Origin: Rhodanobacter sp. A1T4
GTDB lineage: Bacteria; Pseudomonadota; Gammaproteobacteria; Xanthomonadales; Rhodanobacteraceae
Assembly: GCF_014207185.1 (NCBI RefSeq)
Contig: NZ_JACHCP010000012.1
Location: 86,158-110,157 of the forward strand
Length of the DNA stretch: 24,000 nucleotides
Direction: 5' to 3'
Positions 1-8,243 of this stretch are shown here, piece by piece. Positions within the stretch are counted from its first letter, which is position 1. Every line of letters begins with the position of its first letter. The notes below the pieces were generated by a model. It saw only the letters and a program-made list of their open reading frames with translations, did no database searches and was not told the DNA's origin. The translations under genes were made by a program, and so were the position numbers.

Positions 1-357
1 TGGCGCGGCATGCAAGTTAGCTACGAGGACAAATTTCCCATTCAAAGCGACCCCTTGGGGCATGACGATGAACTAGATAAAGAGTTCGCTTTGAGAATGA
101 TCTCACAAAAGTCTACAGATTGGCGTTATGAAAAGGAGCGGCGTTTGCTCCATTTTGGATCCTCTAATCTTCTCCTTCCCTATACCCCTAAGGCCCTCAC
201 GGGGGTGATTCTTGGATATCGCTGCGAAGATACAGTGCGTTCCGATGTGCTCAATTTGATTGAGAAGCGCGAGGAGAAATTTGGTTACAAGGTTCGCATA
301 TATCGAGCAACTATGTCAGATAGTCGTTACCATTTTTCCATCAGCCGAGAACGATAA
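1..357 (+). CDS. DUF2971-family protein, C-terminal part (5' end outside the window)
   Basis: Frame 1 is open from base 1, with no stop before the ATG at 10. The stop is TAA at 355-357. The translation has the C-terminal W-x-Y-E-x-E-x-R signature I associate with DUF2971 (KSTDWRYEKERRLL). By eye it aligns with the C-terminus of the 2667..3572 product (PKALTGVILGYRCED vs PEALTAVLLGMRISD). Confidence 0.6.
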   Translation, partial: WRGMQVSYEDKFPIQSDPLGHDDELDKEFALRMISQKSTDWRYEKERRLLHFGSSNLLLPYTPKALTGVILGYRCEDTVRSDVLNLIEKREEKFGYKVRIYRATMSDSRYHFSISRER

Positions 358-803
358 GTTTCAGCACCTCCATTATTGGCCGATTACCGTTCGCGTGCGG
401 GCATCCCTGCTTATGGCCAAGCTAACTGTCTGTGCCGATGGCTGGAAGGCTTTAAAGCCTCGTCGCACCAAAGCACTCAGAGAAGGAGGTTGCGGATGTT
501 TCAGCTGCAGCGATCAGAAGCTGATTGAAGCAGTACGGGCCACGGATAGCGATGAAGTCGGTGTGGTTGGGCTGTACCTCGCCACCAAGTTCACACTGGA
601 ATCGTTCGAAACACCAGAACAACGCGCTTAACCCTTATTCTAGCCTTGCTGGGGCGGCGCACCTTTGCGGATCGTATCGAGCATCTGGTCAACTGACTTT
701 TGGCCTGATCGGCCAACCAATCGCAGATGCTAGCTCGCCGTACCGGCGGTCATGTATTCACAAGGTGATAGTTTTGAAACTCGTCGACACTCAGCCGCTC
801 GAA

Positions 804-1535
804 ATGTACTTGGACACAGCTGATCGCCTACAAGCAGAGGTCAAGATTCGCCAGCCAGAATGGTTTGGCGTGCTCATAGAGCTCGATGCGATCTGGCGAA
901 CCGAACTTTTCGGTGAGGCGACGCACCTTGCTCCTGTACCGGCAAGCATCGTTGTTCAGAGCTTCTATTTTTGGCTTGCTGCCGTGCGAGTGGCGTTGTC
1001 CGGACATGCCACTGCGGTATATCCACTTCTCAGAACTGGGCTGGAGGCCGCTTGTTACGCCTACAAGCTGGTGAAAGATCCGACACTCACGTCGGTCTGG
1101 CTCGCGCGTGATAGAAATGCCGAGAGCCGCAAGAAGTGCAGGCAAGCATTCACCTCGGCCGTATCTGAAGTAGCTAAGTTGCCAGAAATTGATCCTCTTC
1201 TAGGTACCGCCATCCGCGAGATGTACGACGCGTGCATAGACTTTGGAGGGCATCCTAATCCACGCGCATTATTTGATCACCTCAACATGTCGGACAACAC
1301 CGGCAGTGACGCGGTCATGATGAGTATCGTTGGCTTGAATGGTCCAACATCGGTGAATACTGTGCGTGCGCTGGCTGCTGCCGCTGAACACGGATTCTTC
1401 GCCATTATCATCTGCGCCAATGCAACTGGAGACCACCCTCGCGCGGACACCCTTCAGCAACGCCTGGATGCTGTGATAGTGAGGGTTCAAGCGCTGACCA
1501 AACCGTATCTCAACGAGACCCGCAAGACACCGTAG
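804..1535 (+). CDS. hypothetical protein, helical, no family recognised
   Basis: This is the 3' part of track ORF 525..1535. I start it at ATG 804 because the 93 upstream codons are S/P/G-rich and do not look protein-like. GTG 765 and TTG 525 remain possible starts, and no start has a strong SD. It lies 50 nt upstream of the DUF4238 gene on the same strand. It contains R-x5-H (RVALSGH), which is only weakly reminiscent of a HEPN motif. Confidence 0.55.
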   Translation: MYLDTADRLQAEVKIRQPEWFGVLIELDAIWRTELFGEATHLAPVPASIVVQSFYFWLAAVRVALSGHATAVYPLLRTGLEAACYAYKLVKDPTLTSVWLARDRNAESRKKCRQAFTSAVSEVAKLPEIDPLLGTAIREMYDACIDFGGHPNPRALFDHLNMSDNTGSDAVMMSIVGLNGPTSVNTVRALAAAAEHGFFAIIICANATGDHPRADTLQQRLDAVIVRVQALTKPYLNETRKTP

Positions 1536-1585
1536 ACGCTGCCAGGTCGGTTAGATTATTTGCTTAATTAAGTAGGGACACCTCG

Positions 1586-2611
1586 ATGCAGCAGCTGCGC
1601 AAGGACAACCACTACGTACCGAGGCTTTACTTGAAGCAGTGGGCACGCAGCGGAAAGATACCGACTTACCGGCTACTCGTGCCCAGTGGCAACTGCCCTC
1701 TGTGGAAGGATCACTCCATCAAAGGCATCGCCTTTCACCAACACTTGTACACGTACGTTGCCGGCCAAGGAGAAACTGACGAGTTCGAACGCTGGCTAGA
1801 CCGAGAATTCGAAAATCCAGCCGAGGAAGCAATCGACCGAGTTATCAATGATCAGCGACTTACCCCTCAACACTGGAGTCAACTGATCAGATTCCTCGCA
1901 GCCCAAGATGTGAGAACACCGGTGCGACTGAAGGAATTTCTTGCTCGTCAAAGCAAAACACTGCTACCTCTTATAAATGAAACTCTGACCAGTTCAGTCG
2001 CAGAGCTTGAAAAGGCTGCTCGAATTGGAGTCCATTTCTCCGCGCCCAAGAGAGATGTGAACGATCTATTTCCTTTTAAAGTCACCATCGCATCCGATGT
2101 TGACGGAGGAGGCATCATTCGAGCCGAAGCTGTTGCCGGCCGGCAACTCTGGCTCGCCTGTTCCCGACATATGCTGACAAGGACCATCTCGCATTTGATA
2201 GCACACCGATGGACCATCCTTCATGCCCCGGATGGCATCACTTGGCCAACTAGCGACAACCCAGTCATCCGCCTCAATTTCGCGGATGCTTACAACTACG
2301 ATTTCTTGGGCGGCTGGGGGCGCCACAATGGCGAGATACTCCTTCCCCTGAGCTCCAAGCATCTCCTCTACACCAAAATCGGCAACAGCCGGCCTCTCCC
2401 TCGTGGCACTACCTTAAATGAGGATACGGCGAGCCTGGTGCGACGAATGATCATAGAGAACGCCGATCGCTTTGTTTTCGCCCAAGAGGAAGGTGACATT
2501 CACCGGATTCGCCCGCGCACAGTCTGTTCTGAGACCTTCAAGCGCGAAAAGCTCGCCTGGCAGAACTGGCATCAAGAGCAGAGCAAGGTAGAAGCCGACT
2601 TCTTACGTTGA
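1586..2611 (+). CDS. DUF4238 domain protein (same domain family as the single-gene anti-phage system Rst_DUF4238)
   Basis: 341-aa ORF. The N-terminal motif DNHYVPRLYLKQW matches the HHYVP-x-FYL signature that I recall defining DUF4238. The family assignment is from memory, not from a search. Confidence 0.7.
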   Translation: MQQLRKDNHYVPRLYLKQWARSGKIPTYRLLVPSGNCPLWKDHSIKGIAFHQHLYTYVAGQGETDEFERWLDREFENPAEEAIDRVINDQRLTPQHWSQLIRFLAAQDVRTPVRLKEFLARQSKTLLPLINETLTSSVAELEKAARIGVHFSAPKRDVNDLFPFKVTIASDVDGGGIIRAEAVAGRQLWLACSRHMLTRTISHLIAHRWTILHAPDGITWPTSDNPVIRLNFADAYNYDFLGGWGRHNGEILLPLSSKHLLYTKIGNSRPLPRGTTLNEDTASLVRRMIIENADRFVFAQEEGDIHRIRPRTVCSETFKREKLAWQNWHQEQSKVEADFLR

Positions 2612-2666
2612 TTACCTCCCTGCCATTACCCCGCCACTGAGACAGCTACCTGAGGAGTCCGCGTCG

Positions 2667-3572
2667 ATGGCTATCTCCGTTTCTAACTTGTGGAAACCAA
2701 CGCCGCGAGACTTGCGTGAGATCGCCGAGAACATCAAGGCGGCATCAGCCATCTTGGCCATGCCACTTCTCAAGCGCCGAGCGCGCATGGTCGAGCTCGG
2801 CTATCGAAGGCATCTATATAAGTTCCGCGATATTCCGGACGACCGAGGGAAGCGCCAGCGACTAGAGCAGATGCTGTTGAATAACGAGCTGTTTGCCGCT
2901 ACGTCGGATACTTTTAATGACCCGTTTGATGCCCAAGCGGATTACCGTATCGAGCAGCAACGGGATGCTCTGCGTGAGCTGGTTTATCGCTATTTGAGGT
3001 CCCAAGGTGCCCCCGACCACCTTGCTCGGAGCCTGGTAGCTGACGCATTGTTGGACGATTCCGCGGCACTCACTGCGTCCATAAAAGCGAGCCACCAACA
3101 ACTCTTGCAGCAGCTAGGTGTGTGCTGCCTGTCGGAGACCGCTACCGATCCGCTGCTTTGGGCACACTACGCGCAAGATCATTGTGGCATTGCTGTTCAG
3201 TACCGACCGAGCCTAGACCCGATGAGCCTCCAGCCGCATCTGGTCCATTACAATGCTGTGTACCCCATCATCGAAAACTTCTTTGACCGGGAGAAGCGCG
3301 ACATCTTCTCGCCTTTGCTTCGAAAATCTCCGTCTTGGGCGTATGAGCGAGAATGGCGCATCCTTCGCCCCAACGCGCCGAATCGCGCCTTTCAGGTACG
3401 TCCCGAAGCGCTGACCGCAGTGCTGCTTGGCATGCGTATTTCCGACGGCGACCGCGAATACATCCGAGGGTTAGTGGGCGAGCGGAACAAGCGCTACGAG
3501 CTTAAGACCCTAGTCTTCCAGGCAGAAGCTGCTGTGGGCGAATATCGAGTACGCATGCGGCGGCTCCGTTGA
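2667..3572 (+). CDS. DUF2971-family protein
   Basis: 301-aa ORF with a GAGGAG SD 9 nt upstream of the ATG. DUF2971-like motifs are seen in order: LFAATSDTFNDPFD, LWAHYAQDHCGIAVQY, SWAYEREWRIL. It is a paralog of the partial gene at 1..357. Confidence 0.7.
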   Translation: MAISVSNLWKPTPRDLREIAENIKAASAILAMPLLKRRARMVELGYRRHLYKFRDIPDDRGKRQRLEQMLLNNELFAATSDTFNDPFDAQADYRIEQQRDALRELVYRYLRSQGAPDHLARSLVADALLDDSAALTASIKASHQQLLQQLGVCCLSETATDPLLWAHYAQDHCGIAVQYRPSLDPMSLQPHLVHYNAVYPIIENFFDREKRDIFSPLLRKSPSWAYEREWRILRPNAPNRAFQVRPEALTAVLLGMRISDGDREYIRGLVGERNKRYELKTLVFQAEAAVGEYRVRMRRLR

Positions 3573-3913
3573 AGTCATGAGTCCGCCGGATTAGCGGCTT
3601 TCGGCCTGTTGATACACGCCTGAATTTGACAACGCTGCCAAAAAAGAGTCGCCAAGGTTGGCGCCATTCCACCGACTCCAAGCCGACGCGTCACTCAAAA
3701 CCGGAGGTGCGTCGGGCAGTGAATACGTAAAGCGATTGCGTCAGCGCGAACGAGACGGAGCCAAGCAGATTCTTTGACATGGCCACCCGGCTTAATGAAT
3801 TGGTCGAGCAAGCCGATATAGCTGTCAAGTATTGGTCGGCAGTCAGCTCAGACACATGAACCAGACCGACGAAAATTTACCTACATTCGCCGCCCCCTCG
3901 ATCATTATCTTCC

Positions 3914-5158
3914 ATGACTCAGCCACCCGTCGTTGACATCCTGTTTCGCGCCATCCTCAGCGGTGATCAAGCTGCACTCCGTGATCTTGAAACTTATCGA
4001 GCGGCGGAATGCGTCGGCCTTCGTTCCGTGATTAGCACCGATCATGCTGGTGCCGTAGCGTTAGATCTCGGACTCGGTGCGACCTCTAGCATCTATGTCA
4101 CACCATTGTTTGAGGGGCCACGGGCATTTTTTATTTCACGTCATATTAGCGTGCAAGCGCGACTCACCAGCGGGAAAACAACGGTCCCGCTCGACTACTC
4201 CCTCAGCTTCGATTCCAACTTTGCGGAAAAAATGCGCGCCACGCTAAACGGGGAGAAAATTCAACAAGCCGACCACGATCGCGTGATCGAAGTCTTAATG
4301 CTCAAGGCAAAGAACTCTCGGGTGCAGTTCGATGTAGTGCCATTCCTCTACGAGAACGTTCGCTTGGTTCGGGACAATGAAAACAATATGAGGCCTTTGA
4401 ATACCCTGATCGCCTTTCGCATGCTCGATCATCTGAACTGGGAGGCTTTCCGCAACGATCCAAGTAGGTTCGATTTCGGTGTTCCTGCAGACACTCTGAA
4501 AGCGTCACTTCGACCAGACGCGGAAGCCTTTCTTACAGACTTGTTTGCCAACCAGTCGATCGTACATCACGAAGCCAAGAGCCTCGGAATTCAAGCGTTA
4601 CTGCTCCGATTTGCCACGCTGTGGCGAAATCAAAGCAAGCGCGACATCGGCCGTATCCTGCACGAACTACTCCAATTCTGCGTATCAGAACTTGGTTTCA
4701 TTCCCACAACCGAATTGAGCCTGATCTGGAGTGGCATTCGCAACAAAGAAGTCGCCCCTTTTTTTGGACCGGTTATCAATCCTTCGGCCAAACTGTTCAA
4801 GGCAGCTCGCGGCATGGCTTGGGATATGACGCATCTCCGACTCATGGAACAAACCGCCCGCCTTACACAATTCGGTTCATTTTTCATTCCGCACTTCGTG
4901 TCTATTGACGAGCGCTGGCGAACGTTGCTGCGCTTGAACCCCGTGCGTTTCATGGTGGTGGACGATGCAAGGAACAGCATGCTACTGGCGCGAACCCACG
5001 AATTGACGTTTCAAGAGGCACTTCACGAGTGTGCTGGAGAAACCTTTCTTGGAGAGGTTAACGCTGAAAAAATCGAAGCCCGCCGCATGGCAGCACAAAG
5101 CATCGATGTAGCCACCATGCAGCAAAGGGTCGCCAAGGAGGAACAAGCCTGGCGCTAA
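3914..5158 (+). CDS. hypothetical protein (414 aa), no domain recognised
   Basis: Long ORF with protein-like composition. It is preceded by a 341-nt non-coding gap and has no obvious SD. It is convergent with the 954-aa NTPase gene, with 65 nt between the two stops. Confidence 0.6.
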   Translation: MTQPPVVDILFRAILSGDQAALRDLETYRAAECVGLRSVISTDHAGAVALDLGLGATSSIYVTPLFEGPRAFFISRHISVQARLTSGKTTVPLDYSLSFDSNFAEKMRATLNGEKIQQADHDRVIEVLMLKAKNSRVQFDVVPFLYENVRLVRDNENNMRPLNTLIAFRMLDHLNWEAFRNDPSRFDFGVPADTLKASLRPDAEAFLTDLFANQSIVHHEAKSLGIQALLLRFATLWRNQSKRDIGRILHELLQFCVSELGFIPTTELSLIWSGIRNKEVAPFFGPVINPSAKLFKAARGMAWDMTHLRLMEQTARLTQFGSFFIPHFVSIDERWRTLLRLNPVRFMVVDDARNSMLLARTHELTFQEALHECAGETFLGEVNAEKIEARRMAAQSIDVATMQQRVAKEEQAWR

Positions 5159-5223
5159 GCGGTGGTTATGCAAAAGCGTCAATCGAGCAATCCGCTTCCA
5201 ACAGTGCACAACATTGGCGGCAG

Positions 5224-8088
5224 CTAGCTCAGGCCAGAATGGGGGACCGGGTCCACGAATACCCGCTCAACACATGCCCAATAGGCGTGATGTAGCTTAC
5301 TGCCAGAGTCAGTCTTGTCACGCAGATCCTTCAACGGCGGCGCCATCCGGATCAACGCTATGGCTTGCTCTAGCCACCCCCCTTTATCCGTCACTCCAGC
5401 GATTTGACTGATCGCGATATGCATGGCGACAAAAAGTCGGCCTGGCGGTGCGCCACGCTTCATAACGAATGCTCGCTCCATTCGCAGTCGCACGACCTCA
5501 AGCGCTGCAACGCGAAGCGCCTGAAACGATGGCTTTTGTCCAAATTCAGAAACAGCCCCAAGCAGCATGGAACCTATATCTCGGGTTTCAAGTTGCTCAA
5601 GCCAGTCCAGCAACTCCTTTGATGACAGTGAATTGATGTACGCATCGACAAGCTTGGCACTTGAAGCGTCGGCCATACAAACCATCACGAAGAACTCGTT
5701 CCCGGTCAGCGGCTCTTGGTTCTTGGCCATTTTTATTGCCGTAATCCTGTTTTTTATCAAACCCTGCGCCAGAGATTCGAATTCGCATCGCTTGATCTCC
5801 GGATCGGTCAGCAACAAATGAAGCACCGCGATACTCCGGCGACTAAGCCATTCAGCGCTCAAGAGAGGGGCACCTTCATCGGCAAGAAGCCGAAGCAACA
5901 GAGGCCGCCGCATCCAGGCTCGAATGTCAGATCGTTTGAAGGCATCCGCCATCGCAGTCCTGAAGGAGTCAAGTGCCGGTCCATTCCTGAGCAAGCGAAT
6001 CAGCCGACCGTAAAGTTTGGGAACCAGCACATTGAGGTCGCGTAATACCTCCTCTGCCAGATCCGCCTTCAGTTTGCCAAACTTGTTCGCCATTGATGCA
6101 GCGATGCCCTCCGTGCTTATGGAATCAACAAGCCACGCCAGCTCCTTCGGACCCTGCTTGCTAGCCATCCGTATCAGATTGTGAAGCGTACCGACCGGCG
6201 CCAGGCGCGCAGCCATTTCCATACGCCCGGCTTTCGCAGCCTTCTGAAGCGCGACCCAAACTTGCGTCACTTCCTCTGTAAAGCCTTCTCGCTCAGCGAA
6301 CGCCAGGAATGAAGGAAGCCCGATGAGAAAGCGCTCTTGGTTGGCGACGTAAGTAGAAATCTGCGAATTGAGCCTGACCCTGAAGTTCTTCTCCAGCCCG
6401 ACCCTTCGAAAGAGACTGGCAATCGCGCCCGAGTAGCCTGGAGAAAAGCGATCCGAGAACGTCCATGCATCAACGCTCACGCGTTCCAACACGGAGCGTG
6501 CGCGGCTCAAGACCTCATCGGATACAACGCCCTCGCTGGAGTTGGGCAGCAACTGCTGAACGAGGTAGCAAGCTTGGAAGAAATCCTCTTTGATCGCACT
6601 CTCCCACGCGTCGTCCTCCTGCTTTTCTAAGGCTTTCAGGACGAGCGCGCCAATCATGGGATGGGCCAGCCCGTAGCGTAGCTCCTGGTTCTTAGCGCGT
6701 TGCTCGAAGACCCATCCAAGCTTCAGTGAAACTTTAGGAATACGGCCCTGGAGGCTCAATCTCGAAGCCGGAAACTCGAAGCGAGCGCAGTGAGCAATCA
6801 CGGCGAGGACTTCACGCTCGTCCTGCGGTAGCTCATCAGTGTAGTGCGTGCGCAAATAGTCAATGGCATCGCGCTCACGCAGCTTGGGTACGACCCCCGA
6901 CCGGAGGCTATCCTCTGCACCGGCCAGTGCGAGCGAAAAGCTCACCAGGTCTGCATACAGTCCAAGCCACGCCTTAAAATCGGCCGCTGAAGGCTCTGGC
7001 GCACCGTTAGGAAAATTGCGCCGCACCATCAACAGGTAGACAGCACGCAAGTCCTCAGCGCGCAGGCGGAGGAGCATCCGGGCCACGTTCAAATCCCAGC
7101 ATAGGGTCGCGATGTCCGCATCATTCTGCTTCCGCGCCACTGCGAGAATGGCCGGGCGATTGTTTGCATCGACGTGTGCATTCAAGACTTGCTTGAGAAG
7201 CTCTGGCTTTATTCGATGGCAGTTGTCCAAGATGAACAGATGCTGGGCGTCTCCAAATATCTTGATCAGTTGGATCAGTTGAGGACAGATTGCCGCCGGA
7301 TCTGGGTAGTCGCTCATGTCCATGTAGTAAGCGCCGCATCCAGGCTGCCTCTGCCACTGAAATCCGAATGCCGTTGCCAACGTCGTCTTGCCCAAACCGC
7401 TTCCACCTTCGATCAGCATCAACGGGCTAGACTTGAGGCATTCTTGTATTCGCTGAAGGAGATCCTCCGCAACGACAGTGCAGGAATTGAACTCCTCCTT
7501 GATAGGCCCTCTCGCATCGGAAAGAACGCGGAGATCTATGGAGTAAAAGGGAGTGATGTCGATGGGCAACCCGATATCGAACAGCACGCGAAGGTACGCA
7601 GGCTGTTGCAATTCCGCGACCAATTGGTCGAGGAAGATGAACCTAATTCTTGCCGACGGCACCCCAAGCGCCTCAATGTCTGACCTGTATTCTTCAATCG
7701 TCTTCTTCGGCTTGGCTACCCTCTTCCGATTCTGCCTGACCAGTATTTCCTTCTCAGTCATCGTGAAGAGTGTGAATTCTGCAACTCTATTTCCGTCTTT
7801 GATGATCTTATGGATGCCCAGAAGGTCCTCGGAGTCAAGATGAGTGCGCCAGTTACCAGTTGTCGTTTCGATCAAGTACAAGCCCTGCGCGTCGTCCTGC
7901 CCGTATGCGTCTGGATAGCCGATCGTGGTCTGGCTGCGAGTGTTGCGTCCCTGCGGCACGAGGTTTCTGTATGCGTCGCCACGCTGGATCCGCATGAAAC
8001 TCTCGGCAAGCTCCTGGAACTTCCCAGGCGCTGGCTTGAGTCGCAAGATAGCTTCCTTGATGGCGGCCTCAGTCGGCATACCTGACAT
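5224..8088 (-). CDS. STAND/NLR-like P-loop NTPase with an N-terminal nuclease-like domain and a C-terminal helical repeat region
   Basis: 954-aa ORF with a GGAG SD 7 nt upstream of ATG 8088. Walker A is GGSGLGKTT (aa 228-236, nt ~7381-7410). Walker B-like is HLFILDNCH (aa 283-291), resembling the NB-ARC hhhhDD box. The N-terminal ~110 aa show an Mrr/PD-(D/E)xK-like pattern (FQELAES...GYPDAY...LYLIETTT). The C-terminal ~550 aa are leucine-rich and look like HEAT/TPR helices. Confidence 0.7.
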   Translation of the reverse strand: MSGMPTEAAIKEAILRLKPAPGKFQELAESFMRIQRGDAYRNLVPQGRNTRSQTTIGYPDAYGQDDAQGLYLIETTTGNWRTHLDSEDLLGIHKIIKDGNRVAEFTLFTMTEKEILVRQNRKRVAKPKKTIEEYRSDIEALGVPSARIRFIFLDQLVAELQQPAYLRVLFDIGLPIDITPFYSIDLRVLSDARGPIKEEFNSCTVVAEDLLQRIQECLKSSPLMLIEGGSGLGKTTLATAFGFQWQRQPGCGAYYMDMSDYPDPAAICPQLIQLIKIFGDAQHLFILDNCHRIKPELLKQVLNAHVDANNRPAILAVARKQNDADIATLCWDLNVARMLLRLRAEDLRAVYLLMVRRNFPNGAPEPSAADFKAWLGLYADLVSFSLALAGAEDSLRSGVVPKLRERDAIDYLRTHYTDELPQDEREVLAVIAHCARFEFPASRLSLQGRIPKVSLKLGWVFEQRAKNQELRYGLAHPMIGALVLKALEKQEDDAWESAIKEDFFQACYLVQQLLPNSSEGVVSDEVLSRARSVLERVSVDAWTFSDRFSPGYSGAIASLFRRVGLEKNFRVRLNSQISTYVANQERFLIGLPSFLAFAEREGFTEEVTQVWVALQKAAKAGRMEMAARLAPVGTLHNLIRMASKQGPKELAWLVDSISTEGIAASMANKFGKLKADLAEEVLRDLNVLVPKLYGRLIRLLRNGPALDSFRTAMADAFKRSDIRAWMRRPLLLRLLADEGAPLLSAEWLSRRSIAVLHLLLTDPEIKRCEFESLAQGLIKNRITAIKMAKNQEPLTGNEFFVMVCMADASSAKLVDAYINSLSSKELLDWLEQLETRDIGSMLLGAVSEFGQKPSFQALRVAALEVVRLRMERAFVMKRGAPPGRLFVAMHIAISQIAGVTDKGGWLEQAIALIRMAPPLKDLRDKTDSGSKLHHAYWACVERVFVDPVPHSGLS

Positions 8089-8243
8089 CGTCGGTCTCCA
8101 GTTTCTCGATAGATATTGTGTTAACAGGCATCGTAGCGTCGCGCGCGAGCGTCTTTCCTAGCGCTACGGCATTTCAGATTGCGAAGCCGCATTGCACTAG
8201 CACGTTACCCCTCACTTCGGCGCACCTCCCTGGATACTTTCAG

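Noticed and set aside
525-803. N-terminal 93-codon extension of the 804..1535 gene (track start at 525).
   Set aside because: The S/P/G-rich low-complexity translation is unlike the rest of the protein. It is kept only as an alternative start, as described in the 358-803 finding.
3691-3780. A 29-codon minus-strand ORF (MSKNLLGSVSFALTQSLYVFTARRTSGFE) in the 341-nt gap before the 414-aa gene. A possible type I toxin-like peptide.
   Set aside because: The SD is poor (GGTGG only 2 nt from the ATG), hydrophobicity is only moderate, and no antisense-RNA features are evident. It is indistinguishable from a chance ORF. The coordinates were not cross-checked against a track anchor and could be off by 1 nt.
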